IMG/VR virus record: IMGVR_UViG_2778261644_000010
Source of the DNA: a virus
Taxonomy: Duplodnaviria; Heunggongvirae; Uroviricota; Caudoviricetes
Direction: 5' to 3' (one strand)
Length of the DNA: 37,198 nt
Below, piece after piece: positions 1 to 10,561 of this stretch. The stretch's first letter is position 1, and each line of letters opens with the position of its first letter. The notes below the pieces were generated by a model. It did not search any database. It saw nothing but the letters and a program-made list of their open reading frames with translations, and was not told where the DNA came from. The position numbers were made by a program, and so were the translations under genes.

Positions 1-1236
1 CTACGATAACCGCGCATTCAACATGGCTATCTGTTCGTCGTTCATGTCATCAATCCACATACCGTAAATTTCATACACCATCTGCGCAGTTTCATGCCCC
101 ATTTGGCTGGCTATAAATGCCGGGTTCGCTCCTGCCGTCAACAGCCAGCAGGCAAAAGTATGCCGCGTATGGTACGGATTACGACGGCGAATACCAGCAC
201 GTTTTACTGCTGCATTCCACCTTGCCCCCAAACTGCTTACCGAGTAATAAGGTTTTTGTTTTCCGTTACACACCTTGGGCATGAAAACAAAATGCAGTTT
301 TTGCTTTTCGGTTCTGCCGTACTCCCGATGATAAAAGGTGATTTCGCTTTTGCGATGATGCCCGGTCAGTTTGTATTGCTCCTTCAGTGCTTCAAGAGCA
401 GGCTGCAGTAGTGTTACTGTCCGGATCCCGGCATTTGTTTTTGGGGGACCGAACATATCAAGTATCGTCAGGTTTCTTCTGACATTCACTATTCCCTTTT
501 CGAGATCCACATCCTCCCACGCCAGAGCTGCCAGTTCCCCGTGACGAAGTCCTGAGTAAACGGCAAATTTCCACAAGTTCTGGCTCTGTCCTTTTTCACT
601 TTCCATTAATGCATTGAATTCTGTTTTAGATAACGGATCAGGCTTTATTCTGTTTCGCTGTAATTTTTTTACTCCTTCAAATGGTTTGGTTGATATAAAT
701 CCCGACTGATACGCAAAACGCAACAGCGAACAGAGCAGGGCGATATAGTTATCAACTGTGCGCACGGTTCTTCCTTTTTTGTTGGATCTTGGATTATCTA
801 GGTAAAGCGTTTCTCCATGCAGCAGTTCATTCCGGTAGTTTAAGATATCGCTATAACGAATATGTGATATCGGGGTACTTTCACAAATTATTATTCTGAG
901 TGTTTTTAATTGTGATTTTGTTTTCTTCATTGTGTTTGTTGTTAACTCTGTCTCTTTAATTTTTGTCCAGATATCACAAAGCTCTCCGAACGTTTTTATG
1001 ACTCTCGTTGTCACCATTTTTGCCCCAGTGCTGGACTGGGGAAAACGTCTTAAATACTCAAATTCACCGGAGTTTATTTCATGAACTATCAGCGCTCTTA
1101 AATTTCCGGCATTTTTAATATTACTGTTTGTAATCTCCCAGCCTTTTAATGTTTCCCGACATCGTTTTCCTCGAAACATGAACCAGATGCGAATGTATCT
1201 ACCTCTAATCTCGACACCTGTTGGTAATTTAGACAT
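1..1236 (-). CDS. intR: Prophage integrase, tyrosine recombinase (Rac IntR type)
   Basis: 411-aa ORF at the prophage end, immediately next to an excisionase-like gene. N-terminus MSKLPTGVEIRGRYIRIWF matches my recollection of Rac IntR. C-terminal region has recombinase-like His/Arg/Tyr residues (RHTFACWLL, MVYEIYGMW). Confidence 0.9.
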   Translation of the reverse strand: MSKLPTGVEIRGRYIRIWFMFRGKRCRETLKGWEITNSNIKNAGNLRALIVHEINSGEFEYLRRFPQSSTGAKMVTTRVIKTFGELCDIWTKIKETELTTNTMKKTKSQLKTLRIIICESTPISHIRYSDILNYRNELLHGETLYLDNPRSNKKGRTVRTVDNYIALLCSLLRFAYQSGFISTKPFEGVKKLQRNRIKPDPLSKTEFNALMESEKGQSQNLWKFAVYSGLRHGELAALAWEDVDLEKGIVNVRRNLTILDMFGPPKTNAGIRTVTLLQPALEALKEQYKLTGHHRKSEITFYHREYGRTEKQKLHFVFMPKVCNGKQKPYYSVSSLGARWNAAVKRAGIRRRNPYHTRHTFACWLLTAGANPAFIASQMGHETAQMVYEIYGMWIDDMNDEQIAMLNARLS

Positions 1237-1237
1237 A

Positions 1238-1453
1238 TCATGAGTCTTTGATAAACTGATTTATCTTTGGATAGTTGTACCAGATAATCCCTCGTTTGCT
1301 GTCTGGCTTACCTAAAGGAGATACTCGTTTGAAGTGGAAGCCCTCCACCCAACAGTTCTGGCGGTATGCTTCAATTTGTCTGGCCCCCAGACCAGTGCGA
1401 AGCATCAGGCCGTATTCAACCATCCACTCTTCATTAAAGATTACTTGTGCCAT
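1238..1453 (-). CDS. ydaQ: Excisionase-like protein (YdaQ)
   Basis: Small ORF directly upstream of int on the same strand. Start taken at the internal Met ([10 protein letters not shown]), giving 71 aa, which matches the YdaQ length I recall. Confidence 0.7.
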   Translation of the reverse strand: MAQVIFNEEWMVEYGLMLRTGLGARQIEAYRQNCWVEGFHFKRVSPLGKPDSKRGIIWYNYPKINQFIKDS

Positions 1454-1531
1454 CGCATCACCTCTGGCAGGCGCCAATGTTAGACTGAAATTGACGCCCG
1501 ATGTTGATTATTAATAATCAGCTATGAAGTT

Positions 1532-1741
1532 TTAATTTGAATACAATGCAATTCTCGAGGACTGAAGTTTCTCGCAATTAAAATTTATCAGTTTTACTTT
1601 CTGCTCTCTGGAAACGCCTGCTTCTTTTTTACCTGAGAGCATTTTTTCGCATTCTGATTTCGTTAGTTTAGATTTTGAATATCTTGTCCAGTTAGTAGGA
1701 GTGCCACCTTCCTTTTCAATAGTGGCGGTAATTTTATACAT
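1532..1741 (-). CDS. ydaC: Rac prophage small protein YdaC
   Basis: ORF trimmed to the internal Met (MYKITATIEKEGG), giving 69 aa. Overlaps the ralR stop by 8 nt, as in the Rac early-left operon. Confidence 0.55.
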   Translation of the reverse strand: MYKITATIEKEGGTPTNWTRYSKSKLTKSECEKMLSGKKEAGVSREQKVKLINFNCEKLQSSRIALYSN

Positions 1742-1928
1742 GAACACCTCCATTATTATTTCCAGTGGTTCGTTTACTCCATCTTTCGAGTGCTTCTTTT
1801 TCACTTCCACCATAACCGGTTCGGGATTCGCATCCGTTACACTTCGCTCGGTAATATCCTGAAATGGCTTTCACCGTTACTGATGGACAACCACAAAATG
1901 GACATGGTTTAACATTGTCATATCTCAT
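1734..1928 (-). CDS. ralR: Restriction alleviation protein Lar/RalR
   Basis: 64-aa product MRYDNVKPCPFCGC...CNGC with a Cys4 zinc-ribbon arrangement. Matches recalled RalR sequence and sits just downstream of recT. Confidence 0.8.
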   Translation of the reverse strand: MRYDNVKPCPFCGCPSVTVKAISGYYRAKCNGCESRTGYGGSEKEALERWSKRTTGNNNGGVHV

Positions 1929-1984
1929 AATTTTTCTCATAAAAAATATTTCAAGTTGGCGGTGCATTACACCGCCAGGCTGAA

Positions 1985-2794
1985 TTATTCCTCTGAATTA
2001 TCGATTACACTGTATTCCCCGGTTAATACAGAGGAATCTGCAGGATCGATTGTCAGTGGTTCCTTTTCATCCATTGATACTGCACGCTGGATCTCAATTG
2101 ATACGGGCAGATATTTGAACAGGCGACGAATAGCCGTTTTCTTTGCCATTTCTTCCCAGTGAGTTACCCACGGCCCGTTATTACCAGCTTTACTCAGGCT
2201 GCGCACCAGCTCAATCTGTTTGCGCGTCATAACTTCAAACTGAGTACCTCCGTCTTTCAGTCTTGCGACAGCATAGACGTGGGTAACCGGGGCATCTTCG
2301 TTTTCTCCCGGGCGGTGTATTAACTTTTCATCAAGGCCAAATTCGAAGCTAAACTCGTCACCTTCACGGACAACACGGGCTGACAGGCTGGCGATTTGAC
2401 CAGAACGGCGAGCCAGATCAATCATGCCGCGATAGCCAATGATTAGCTGAACGTTCTTTTTACCGCTCTTTTCGTTTTTATTACCAAAAGGCAGTAAATA
2501 TGCATGACCGAGGGCGCTACCTGGCTCAAGTCCGAGCTGTGAACACTGTACGATCGCACTGACAAAACTCATAGTGTCACAGTTTCCTAACGCCGGAACT
2601 TTACGAATTTCTGTGGTGGCGATACGGATCATACGTTCAGCCGTCATATGGCGTGGAAGAGCTGCTGCCAGTTGCTCTTTCATTGATGGCTGGTTAATAA
2701 AACTAATCACGTCGCTATTTTTAACTGCTGCTGGTGCACGGTTTCCCTGAGTTTTTTGCAGATCGGCTTTTGCGATTGGTGGTTGCTTAGTCAT
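1985..2794 (-). CDS. recT: Recombinase RecT (single-strand annealing protein)
   Basis: 269-aa product starting [16 protein letters not shown], recognised as RecT. Overlaps the recE stop by 8 nt. Confidence 0.9.
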   Translation of the reverse strand: MTKQPPIAKADLQKTQGNRAPAAVKNSDVISFINQPSMKEQLAAALPRHMTAERMIRIATTEIRKVPALGNCDTMSFVSAIVQCSQLGLEPGSALGHAYLLPFGNKNEKSGKKNVQLIIGYRGMIDLARRSGQIASLSARVVREGDEFSFEFGLDEKLIHRPGENEDAPVTHVYAVARLKDGGTQFEVMTRKQIELVRSLSKAGNNGPWVTHWEEMAKKTAIRRLFKYLPVSIEIQRAVSMDEKEPLTIDPADSSVLTGEYSVIDNSEE

Positions 2795-5387
2795 TTGCAT
2801 ATTCCTTAGCCCAGCGGGGCAGTGATAATGTCTTAATAGCTGGCCATTCATCGGTATTCAGGCAGTCAGACAGGGTTCGCAGATTGCGGTGATATTCCTG
2901 TTGACCTGCCAGTTTTGCTTCTTCGCCCATCATGAAAATTTCAACCGGATAACGTCCGCATTCAATAGTTGTGCTGGCAACCAGAAAAACGAAAGTTGGC
3001 TGCACTCCAAACTGTGCTTCATAACCGTCACTGTAGAATGCATCCTGAACGTGATAGCGGTAGTCGTAATAAGCGGTTTTGAATCGTTGAATATCCGCCG
3101 TAGTTTTCACGTCCATGATCCAGTGAAATTCAGGGATAATTTTGTCCGGACGGCACCGACACAAAATTCCTGTTTCAGGATCTTCCCAGTAAATTGATGA
3201 TTCAGCGTGTCCGGCGCTTTCAACAAGCCATTGCCCCAGCGGCAAAGCCATAACGCTTTGATACATGAGTTCAATTTTCCGGCCTTCTTCCGCAGTGATA
3301 ACCGTTTTTCCTGTGCTTGCGCATTCCATCAGAAACGCTTTCTCTTCTTCTTTTCCGGCGTTTGTACGGCGGTTAAATTCAGGTGCTACGATAAAGCGGT
3401 TACTGAATTCCTCCGGTTCAAGTACCCGGCAGTGGAAAGCGGTTCCTAAATCGAGCGTTTTTGTCTTTGTGGTGTCCACGGGGGCATTTTTACGCCACAA
3501 ATATAGTGCCGGAGTATCAGCAATGTCATCGAGCTGAGACTTACTGACACCGGGACCCGCGTGGTAATTCTCATTCGAAATTCCGTAATAAATACCTGGC
3601 TCTATGTCTTCTACGATTACGGGATCTGCGACTTCTCCAGTTTCATCACTGCAATCGCGATGCGGATCGCTGCCAGCATTCTCATTGTGCGGATGTTCAG
3701 CGCCTTCCATTTCCTCCGGATCATTTTCCTTAGCTTCAACCTGACTCTCTTCATCGAATGTTTCCTGGTATGTTGCGTCGCCCATCACCGCACCACAGTC
3801 AGGGCAGTTATCCCCGCCAGTCTGGCCGCAGGCATTGCAGGCTATTTCCGGTTCCTGTTGCACTACTGGCTCAGGTTGATTCATATCCGGGCTGGTTTTT
3901 TCCGTTTCTGGCTGGTTCTGGTACACAGAATCGCGAGTCTGGATCCCCTTTACCCATTTCGGATCGTTCGGGTCGCTAATTCCGTCAACAAATTCACCAC
4001 GTGATGCAGCAAGCAATTTATCGGCATCGACAGGATTTTTTGATGGAATGTTTTTCCGGGCTTCATGGAGTTCTGCCCGCAGTTCCTGATATTTCGCATC
4101 AACAGAATTTACCTGTGACTGAGCATCCAGCGGCTGCGTGTCCTGATGATGTTCAGTTGCGTCCGGTTCCATTGTTTCAGCCTCTCCCTGTTCAACTGCC
4201 GTTGTTCCAGATGGTTGCGGTTTTTCTTCGTCATCCTGTTTTCCTTCTTCTGTTACTCGCTGCGGCATCGGGGCAGAGGAGCGACCGCAGGCAATATCCA
4301 CGATTTCCGGATCAGGGTTTGCATGATCGGTTTCAGTCAGTACTTTGTTCAGATATTCAGTGACGTGCGCGGGGATGACCTCGATCCCAATTGGTGCTTC
4401 TTTTACGGACGCAACCACGATGGCGCGGGAATAATCCAGCCCGCCAGGCATGGTGATGAATTTGTCGCGGAAAACAGAAAAGGGCGGTTTATTTTCAGCG
4501 ATAATTTCCTCAATGCGTTTAGCGTGTGCCGGATGAAGGTTATAGATGTCCAGATCCATTGAACGGGCCAGTACGCCAGTGGCTACGTCGCGCGCCAGTG
4601 ACGTCAGATCGTGTACGAAACCTTCGCCGCGATCGGTGAGGTTTCCGCCGCCAGCATTAGCACCGGAAGCCGTGCGAGTGATGTGTGAAACACGATTACC
4701 CTTCATCCACTCTTTTGTCAGCAGTCCTCGATCGGTGTAGTCAGCGTTCAGGTATGCTTCGAAAAAAGCAGTTATCAGTCCCAGGTTTGAATTACCAGGA
4801 TTAGGGAAAACTTTGTCAGTGTCACGAACCAGTTTGTGGAGATCGCGAATTTCCAGCGGGTCGAGCAGGCTGGTTTTGTGGGAAACAGCCAGGGCAGTAA
4901 CAGCCGGTAGTTCTTCAGCCCGAGCAATGTGTAATGCCTGGAGTCCGTCGCGTGAAACATGCGTTACCGGTTTTTCGCTGCCGTGTTGAGCAAGCCAGCG
5001 AATGGGCAGTTCCTGGCCAGAAATTGGGAGTAGCATATTCTCCTCAATCTCAGTCATGTCTTCGCCGTTGACGTTGGTATTGCCTTGATAGTGAGCGTTG
5101 TCTGGTGCTGCTCCCGGTTTTAGTTCCCATGTCATGGAGTCTTTGCTGAGTTGATAGCGTTCACTCCAGGTAAAATCGATCTCACCTTCAGCGGGCAGGT
5201 CATTAACGACAGGAAAATTCGTGGCAACAGCTTTAAAATAGCTGCTCAGTTTTTTACCTGACTTAACGATCAGGTAGTCCAGAGTGGCACAGGTCGATTC
5301 AAAATCGTCGCTTGCCCACAGGACGACGTCAGGTTCACCGGATGATTTTTTCGCTTTCCGTAACAGGAAGAGTGGTTTTGTGCTCAT
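2787..5387 (-). CDS. recE: Exodeoxyribonuclease VIII (RecE)
   Basis: 866-aa ORF with an acidic, Pro/Glu-rich central linker and a C-terminal nuclease domain. Length and position upstream of recT match RecE. Confidence 0.9.
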   Translation of the reverse strand: MSTKPLFLLRKAKKSSGEPDVVLWASDDFESTCATLDYLIVKSGKKLSSYFKAVATNFPVVNDLPAEGEIDFTWSERYQLSKDSMTWELKPGAAPDNAHYQGNTNVNGEDMTEIEENMLLPISGQELPIRWLAQHGSEKPVTHVSRDGLQALHIARAEELPAVTALAVSHKTSLLDPLEIRDLHKLVRDTDKVFPNPGNSNLGLITAFFEAYLNADYTDRGLLTKEWMKGNRVSHITRTASGANAGGGNLTDRGEGFVHDLTSLARDVATGVLARSMDLDIYNLHPAHAKRIEEIIAENKPPFSVFRDKFITMPGGLDYSRAIVVASVKEAPIGIEVIPAHVTEYLNKVLTETDHANPDPEIVDIACGRSSAPMPQRVTEEGKQDDEEKPQPSGTTAVEQGEAETMEPDATEHHQDTQPLDAQSQVNSVDAKYQELRAELHEARKNIPSKNPVDADKLLAASRGEFVDGISDPNDPKWVKGIQTRDSVYQNQPETEKTSPDMNQPEPVVQQEPEIACNACGQTGGDNCPDCGAVMGDATYQETFDEESQVEAKENDPEEMEGAEHPHNENAGSDPHRDCSDETGEVADPVIVEDIEPGIYYGISNENYHAGPGVSKSQLDDIADTPALYLWRKNAPVDTTKTKTLDLGTAFHCRVLEPEEFSNRFIVAPEFNRRTNAGKEEEKAFLMECASTGKTVITAEEGRKIELMYQSVMALPLGQWLVESAGHAESSIYWEDPETGILCRCRPDKIIPEFHWIMDVKTTADIQRFKTAYYDYRYHVQDAFYSDGYEAQFGVQPTFVFLVASTTIECGRYPVEIFMMGEEAKLAGQQEYHRNLRTLSDCLNTDEWPAIKTLSLPRWAKEYAND

Positions 5388-5488
5388 TGTTTTTTAACCT
5401 CAACTCAGATTAAAATTCGTTTTGTTCAGTGAATGATCTTGCCGGATACACACTTTTCATAGCCTGCGCCATACGCAGGCTATTTCTT

Positions 5489-5764
5489 TCAGATTTCACC
5501 TTTTAATTTCATTGCAATTAGAGTTGCCAGAAATTCGGCTTTTTTTTCTGCGGGCAGATTCTTTCCGGTATGCACCAGGCACATTTTTTTGACACCTTCG
5601 TGAAGTGTTTTAACGTTGCCTGATGGACCGTCGATATCAACCACAGTGAATGGGGTTTCTTTATTTTCTGTTTTAATTACGTAGCCAATGCGCTTTCCTT
5701 CCAGATTCACCTCGTGAACAATGTCATCGGTAGTTACAACAGTGGCTTCATAATTGGTAATCAT
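5489..5764 (-). CDS. racC: Rac prophage protein RacC
   Basis: 91-aa product from the internal Met (MITNYEATVVTTDD), in the expected position upstream of recE. Confidence 0.7.
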   Translation of the reverse strand: MITNYEATVVTTDDIVHEVNLEGKRIGYVIKTENKETPFTVVDIDGPSGNVKTLHEGVKKMCLVHTGKNLPAEKKAEFLATLIAMKLKGEI

Positions 5765-5838
5765 GTTTTTCTCCTTAATTAAGGTTGAGCGAATACCTGC
5801 CATTTCTGGCATAAATTCAGTTTCGAATAGTCAATTAA

Positions 5839-6015
5839 TTAAAGTTCATGTGCCATCTGTTCTTTTTCGGCACATATTTCACTACAATATTTTTTCATTT
5901 CCGTCGTTGGGATAACTCCACGCATGAAATGAAGTGGTCTTTTAATGCTTTTGCTTTCTTCAATTCCTTTATTGCAAAGGTGGTAAGCACATTTTATTTT
6001 CTTAGTCTTCACCAT
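5839..6015 (-). CDS. ydaE: Small Cys-rich putative zinc-binding protein (YdaE-like)
   Basis: Hand-translated minus-strand ORF absent from the supplied track: [58 protein letters not shown], 58 aa. Lies between racC and kilR as ydaE does in Rac. Confidence 0.55.
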   Translation of the reverse strand: MVKTKKIKCAYHLCNKGIEESKSIKRPLHFMRGVIPTTEMKKYCSEICAEKEQMAHEL

Positions 6016-6230
6016 GACTCCGCCTTTACAGGTAAACCATCACAACCGAGGAAGACTTTAATCATGCAGTCAGAAATGCATGTTTTTGTAGTCAGGTTAC
6101 GAATATAAAGTTTTCGCTTTTTAATATTGTTTGCCGAGGCGATATATGTCCGGCCTTCATGAAGAACATAATCACCAGGAGTCACACACTGACGTGGTAT
6201 TTCATCAGTTCCGAAGTGATGTGCAATCAT
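6009..6230 (-). CDS. kilR: Cell-division (FtsZ) inhibitor KilR
   Basis: 73-aa product from the internal Met ([15 protein letters not shown]), recognised as KilR. First gene after sieB in the leftward operon. Confidence 0.8.
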   Translation of the reverse strand: MIAHHFGTDEIPRQCVTPGDYVLHEGRTYIASANNIKKRKLYIRNLTTKTCISDCMIKVFLGCDGLPVKAESW

Positions 6231-6670
6231 AATTATCTCCATTTTTACAAATGAACTTTGTTGATGCGGTGCCTGGTGCCTCCAGGTGACTGCAACCAGT
6301 TAACAATTACAGTCGGCTTTCCCACCCAAACCAATAAGGACTAACATGACTTTTAACTGTGCCGCGTGCGCTTAGCCGCATTCACCGCATCACAAAATTC
6401 ACTTTAAAAAGGGCGGACATCAGTCGAACTTCAAGAAAAAACTGATGCCGCCAGGACTACACAAAGCAGTTTTGTTATTCACAACCGGAGGCGCACTCCC
6501 ACCATTTAAATTTAACAGACAAGACCGACTCTTTATGGATATCGGAAATGCGCCTTCGTGTTGTGCCCGGTTTTATTTCACCACCTCCGGGCTTCGGTGG
6601 TCTCTGCTATACCCCTACAGCGAGAGCTTGTGTTAACATTTCAATACCCTTACAGTCGAGAGTTATTGAT

Positions 6671-7159
6671 ATGTTGGATGTATTTACTCCATTGTTGAAA
6701 CTTTTTGCTAACGAACCACTCGAAAGACTTATGTATACGATTATCATTTTGGGTCTCACTCTCTGGCTGATACCGAAAGAGTTTACTGTCGCATTCAATG
6801 CTTATACTGAAATACCTTGGCTCTTTCAGATTATCGTTTTTTCCTTTTCTTTCGTGGTCGCCATTTCTTTCTCAAGATTGCGAGCACATATTCAAAAGCA
6901 TTATTCATTACTACCAGAGCAACGAGTATTGCTTCGTTTATCTGAGAAAGAAATCGCTGTATTTAGAGATTTCCTTAAAACAGGAAATCTTATTATCACT
7001 TCTCCTTGCCGTAACCCGGTTATGAAAAAATTAGAACGGAAGGGCATCATTCAACATCAGAGTGATAGCGCAAACTGTTCTTATTATCTCGTCACCGAAA
7101 AATACTCCCATTTTATGAAGTTATTCTGGAACAGCAGGAGTAGACGTTTTAATCGTTAG
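6671..7159 (+). CDS. sieB: Superinfection exclusion protein B (SieB)
   Basis: 162-aa product starting MLDVFTPLLKLFANEPLERL with hydrophobic N-terminal segments. Plus-strand gene embedded in the leftward operon, as for lambda and Rac sieB. Confidence 0.8.
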   Translation: MLDVFTPLLKLFANEPLERLMYTIIILGLTLWLIPKEFTVAFNAYTEIPWLFQIIVFSFSFVVAISFSRLRAHIQKHYSLLPEQRVLLRLSEKEIAVFRDFLKTGNLIITSPCRNPVMKKLERKGIIQHQSDSANCSYYLVTEKYSHFMKLFWNSRSRRFNR

Positions 7160-7311
7160 CTTACTGTGTGCTTCTCCAACCATCGGCGCGCACCAGTTTC
7201 GGTTTTAAATGTTTTGCTTTTGGTATACGTCATGGCAGTGAACGTTCCATCCTGGTTGGGGAATACGCCGCACACCAGGGATTCGTTATTGCCGAGGTCG
7301 ATTTTTTGCAT
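7156..7311 (-). CDS. ydaF: Small prophage protein YdaF
   Basis: Hand-translated 51-aa ORF MQKIDLGNNESLVCGVFPNQDGTFTAMTYTKSKTFKTETGARRWLEKHTVS. Convergent with sieB and overlapping it by 4 nt. Confidence 0.6.
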   Translation of the reverse strand: MQKIDLGNNESLVCGVFPNQDGTFTAMTYTKSKTFKTETGARRWLEKHTVS

Positions 7312-7321
7312 TTTTCGCACC

Positions 7322-7456
7322 TCACATTTTGTTGTTGCGGATAGAGGCTTCTGCCTGCCAGAGATCCCAGTCGTTGCTGCGTAGAGCCTGTACAGCCTGG
7401 CTGTAAGTGATATCGCAACAATCCATCAAATACTGAACTACTTCGTAATGCACCAT
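7322..7456 (-). CDS. ydaG: Small prophage protein YdaG
   Basis: Hand-translated 44-aa ORF MVHYEVVQYLMDCCDITYSQAVQALRSNDWDLWQAEASIRNNKM. The supplied track gives a different frame here. First gene downstream of the putative leftward promoter. Confidence 0.6.
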   Translation of the reverse strand: MVHYEVVQYLMDCCDITYSQAVQALRSNDWDLWQAEASIRNNKM

Positions 7457-7619
7457 CTTATCTCTCCCCTTAACGCCGGGTGGCGGAACTAACTGCTGCA
7501 CTGCAAAATTTGAATCCCGCCGTCATGTTCATACGCCTCGGGCTGGCTACTTAACCCCTGACCACTGCCTGGTAACTCGAAGTATTGCCCTGCGTTCTGT
7601 GGGGCGGGGTGGGTTGGTA

Positions 7620-7675
7620 AGTATATAATGTACATTGTGTTCATTGTTGTAAAGTACTTTAAGTACATTTTATGT
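7620..7675. promoter_or_regulatory. Putative leftward promoter/operator region with GTAC-core palindromes
   Basis: Perfect 10-bp palindromes AATGTACATT (7628-7637) and AAAGTACTTT (7651-7660), plus AAGTACATTT (7661-7670), between the repressor gene and ydaG. The ATGTAC core recurs in the repressor/cro divergent region. Confidence 0.4.
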
Positions 7676-7743
7676 GTAAAAAAATGAGATGGGATAAAGT
7701 GAAGCACAAACCCGGAGGGGGACGCTACCGGATTTATGCTGGT

Positions 7744-8163
7744 TTAAGAGGCTTTTTGTTTTTTCTTTCGTGCTAACTCTTCGTAAATTGCATTGTACTT
7801 CTGTTTTTTCTCCTCAAGAGTTTTTAAAAGTTCATCTGTCTCACTGTCAGGGAGCTCGTCCAGAAGGTCAATGATGATTTTTTGTCTTGGATTTAACTCC
7901 TGATAGAAACGTACCTGTCCACTTTCTTCTGTATCCTCTCCCAAAAGATAGGTTGGTGTTGTTCCAATGAGTGTTGCTAATTCCCTTAATTTCTCTCGGC
8001 GAGGAATTGTTTCGCCATTAAACCATTTGCTAACCGCTTTTGGTGTTAATTTCATTCGACGGGCAATTTCTGCCTGCCTTCCATGTTGTTCATAACCAGC
8101 GTTTTCACAGGCTAGCGCAAGCCTACTGGCGAACTCTTTACGCGCTTTATCTTCATGAACCAT
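7744..8163 (-). CDS. Prophage repressor, XRE/CI-type HTH
   Basis: 139-aa ORF with an HTH segment (LTPKAVSKWFNGETIPRREKLRELATLIG), transcribed divergently from a Cro-like gene. An in-frame TGA two codons upstream of the ATG fixes the start. Confidence 0.8.
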   Translation of the reverse strand: MVHEDKARKEFASRLALACENAGYEQHGRQAEIARRMKLTPKAVSKWFNGETIPRREKLRELATLIGTTPTYLLGEDTEESGQVRFYQELNPRQKIIIDLLDELPDSETDELLKTLEEKKQKYNAIYEELARKKKQKAS

Positions 8164-8242
8164 AAGTTCAATGATATTCGCTCTTGAATGTACTGTCAGT
8201 TCTGTTATAGCATGTACTCAAAGTTCACATTGTGAGGGTGAT
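8164..8242. promoter_or_regulatory. Putative rightward operator / divergent promoter region
   Basis: 79-bp divergent intergenic region with repeated ATGTACT motifs (8188-8194 and 8212-8218) matching the GTAC-core palindromes of the leftward region. Confidence 0.45.
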
Positions 8243-8497
8243 ATGAACCAGAAAACACTTGAAGATGTAATCAAAACTGTTCGCGTTTCTGTTGTGGCCG
8301 ACGTTTGTGGTGTCAGCCAAAGAGCAATCTACAAATGGATGGATAACGGAAAACTGCCTCGCACAGAATATACCGGCGAAACAAATTACGCTGAAAAAAT
8401 CGCTCATGCATCAAACGGATTATTTTCTGCCGATGCAATTTTAACTATTGGCAAAAATAAAACTACTACGAAAAAGCTGATGGGAGTTGATTCATGA
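8243..8497 (+). CDS. ydaS: Cro-like HTH regulator (YdaS-like)
   Basis: Start chosen at the ATG preceded by GAGGGTGA (MNQKTLEDVIK), 84 aa. Sits opposite the repressor, with an HTH-like segment (VADVCGVSQRAIYKWMDNGKLP). Overlaps ydaT by ATGA. Confidence 0.6.
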   Translation: MNQKTLEDVIKTVRVSVVADVCGVSQRAIYKWMDNGKLPRTEYTGETNYAEKIAHASNGLFSADAILTIGKNKTTTKKLMGVDS

Positions 8498-8916
8498 AAA
8501 TCAAGCATGAGCACATCGAATCAGTGTTGTTAGCCCTGGCAGCCGAAAAAGGGCAGGCATGGGTAGCCAATGCAATTACTGAAGAATATCTGCGCCAGGG
8601 GGGCGGCGAATTGCCCCTGGTTCCAGGCAAGGACTGGAACAATCAGCAGAATATCTATCACCGTTGGTTGAAAGGTGAAACGAAAGCGCAAAGGGAAAAA
8701 ATTCAGAAATTGATCCCTGCGGTTCTGGCAATTCTTCCTCGCGAGCTGCGTCACCGACTCTGCATCTTCGATACCCTGGAACGCCGTGCATTACTGGCGG
8801 CGCAGGAAGCGTTGAGTACGGCAATTGATGCGCATGATGATGCAGTCCAGGCCGTTTACCAGAAAGCGTATTTCAGCGGCGGCGGGTCTTCCGAAGATTC
8901 TGTCATTGTTCATTAA
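8494..8916 (+). CDS. ydaT: YdaT (CII-like/toxic prophage protein family)
   Basis: 140-aa product starting MKIKHEHIESVLLALAAEKGQAWVANAITEEYLRQGGGELPLVPGKDW, recognised as YdaT. Start overlaps the ydaS stop. Confidence 0.75.
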   Translation: MKIKHEHIESVLLALAAEKGQAWVANAITEEYLRQGGGELPLVPGKDWNNQQNIYHRWLKGETKAQREKIQKLIPAVLAILPRELRHRLCIFDTLERRALLAAQEALSTAIDAHDDAVQAVYQKAYFSGGGSSEDSVIVH

Positions 8917-8928
8917 GCAAAATTTTCC

Positions 8929-9786
8929 ATGCTGTTTGTGCTTATTCTAAGCCACCGGGCAGCATCATACGGGGCAATTATGGCCGCATTACCATACATG
9001 CAACTGTACATAGCTGATTACCTGGCTGACACCATGCATTTGTCAGCAGAGGAGCACGGTGCGTATTTGTTGCTGATGTTCAATTACTGGCAAACAGGAA
9101 AGCCAATACCCAAAAACAGGCTGGCAAAAATTGCCCGTCTGACTAACGAGCGATGGGCTGATGTTGAACCATCCTTGCGGGAGTTTTTTTACGATAACGG
9201 CGAGGAATGGGTGCATCTTCGGATTGAGGAAGATCTGGCATCAGTCAGGGAAAAATTAACCAAAAAATCAGCCGCAGGAAAAGCATCTGTTCAGGCCAGA
9301 AGAAGCAGAAAGGAAGCAGATGTTCAAACAAAACAAGAGAGAAATTTAACAGGTGTTCAAACAGATGTTGAAGTGGTGTTTGAACATGATGTCAACACAA
9401 AGGCAACTAATAAAGATACAGATAAAGATCTAAAAACAGATCCCCCCCTAAATCCCCCCCGGGGGAATCGAGGTGTTAAAAAGTTTGACCCTCTGGATAT
9501 TGCTTTGCCGAACTGGATTTCTGTCTCGCTTTGGCGTGAGTGGGTTGAATTTCGCCAGGCATTGCGTAAACCGATTCGAACGGAGCAGGGCGCTAACGGG
9601 GCGATACGGGAGCTGGAAAAATTCCGCCAGCAGGGTTTTTCACCTGAGCAGGTGATTCGATACAGCATCGCCAATGAATACCAGGGCTTGTTCGCGCCAA
9701 AAGGTGTTCGACCTGAGACGTTACTCCGACAGGTTAACACCGTCTCGTTACCGGATAGTGCGATCCCGCCAGGCTTCAGGGGGTAA
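8929..9786 (+). CDS. ydaU: Replication initiation-associated protein YdaU (DUF1376-like)
   Basis: 285-aa ORF immediately upstream of the DnaC-like gene. Length and position match Rac ydaU. Contains a Pro-rich linker encoded by two C7 tracts. Confidence 0.7.
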   Translation: MLFVLILSHRAASYGAIMAALPYMQLYIADYLADTMHLSAEEHGAYLLLMFNYWQTGKPIPKNRLAKIARLTNERWADVEPSLREFFYDNGEEWVHLRIEEDLASVREKLTKKSAAGKASVQARRSRKEADVQTKQERNLTGVQTDVEVVFEHDVNTKATNKDTDKDLKTDPPLNPPRGNRGVKKFDPLDIALPNWISVSLWREWVEFRQALRKPIRTEQGANGAIRELEKFRQQGFSPEQVIRYSIANEYQGLFAPKGVRPETLLRQVNTVSLPDSAIPPGFRG

Positions 9787-9792
9787 CTGACC

Positions 9793-10539
9793 ATGAAAAA
9801 TATTGCGGCAGGCGGCATTCTTGAACGTATCCGCAGACTGGCCCCGCCACATGTAACCGCCCCATTCAAAACGGTAGCGGAGTGGCGCGAGTGGCAACTT
9901 TCCGAAGGCCAGAAACGTTGTGAGGAGATCAACCGTCAGAATCGTCAGTTGCGGGTGGAAAAAATTCTGAACCGCTCTGGCATCCAGCCATTGCACCGCA
10001 AATGCTCGTTTGCGAATTACCAGGTGCAGAACGACGGTCAGCGATACGCGTTGAACCAGGCGAAATCTATCGCTGATGAACTGATGACCGGGTGTACAAG
10101 TTTTGCGTTCAGCGGAAAACCTGGTACCGGAAAAAACCATCTGGCGGCGGCTATCGGGAATCGCCTGCTGAAAGATGGCCAGACAGTGATTGTGGTTACC
10201 GTGGCTGATGTCATGAGTGCTCTACACGCCAGCTATGACGACGGGCAATCAGGCGAAAAATTTTTGCGGGAACTGTGCCAAGTGGATCTGCTGGTTCTTG
10301 ATGAAATTGGCATTCAGCGCGAGACAAAAAACGAGCAGGTGGTGCTGCACCAGATTGTTGATCGCCGGACAGCGTCGATGCGCAGCGTGGGGATGCTGAC
10401 AAACCTGAACTATGAGGCCATGAAAACATTGCTCGGCGAGAGGATTATGGATCGCATGACCATGAACGGCGGGCGATGGGTGAATTTTAACTGGGAGAGC
10501 TGGCGTCCGAATGTCGTCCAGCCAGGAATTGCGAAGTGA
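9793..10539 (+). CDS. ydaV: DnaC-like replication helicase loader (YdaV)
   Basis: 248-aa ORF with Walker [16 protein letters not shown] and Walker B-like [10 protein letters not shown]. Typical IstB/DnaC-type AAA+ protein. Confidence 0.85.
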   Translation: MKNIAAGGILERIRRLAPPHVTAPFKTVAEWREWQLSEGQKRCEEINRQNRQLRVEKILNRSGIQPLHRKCSFANYQVQNDGQRYALNQAKSIADELMTGCTSFAFSGKPGTGKNHLAAAIGNRLLKDGQTVIVVTVADVMSALHASYDDGQSGEKFLRELCQVDLLVLDEIGIQRETKNEQVVLHQIVDRRTASMRSVGMLTNLNYEAMKTLLGERIMDRMTMNGGRWVNFNWESWRPNVVQPGIAK

Positions 10540-10561
10540 TTTTTACCGGGAGGAAATTTTA

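Noticed and set aside
2889-4740. Several plus-strand ORFs (64-147 aa) in the track that overlap recE on the opposite strand
   Set aside because: They lie wholly inside the well-supported 866-aa recE reading frame, have no RBS context and show low-complexity translations typical of antisense artefacts.
7744-8163. Naming the repressor racR
   Set aside because: Synteny suggests it, but the 139-aa length (start fixed by an upstream in-frame stop) differs from the racR size I recall, so I left the gene symbol blank.
9357-10140. Minus-strand ORFs of 191 and 130 aa overlapping ydaU and ydaV
   Set aside because: Antisense to two confidently assigned replication genes, and the translations are rich in Arg/Ser/Cys in a way typical of non-coding frames.
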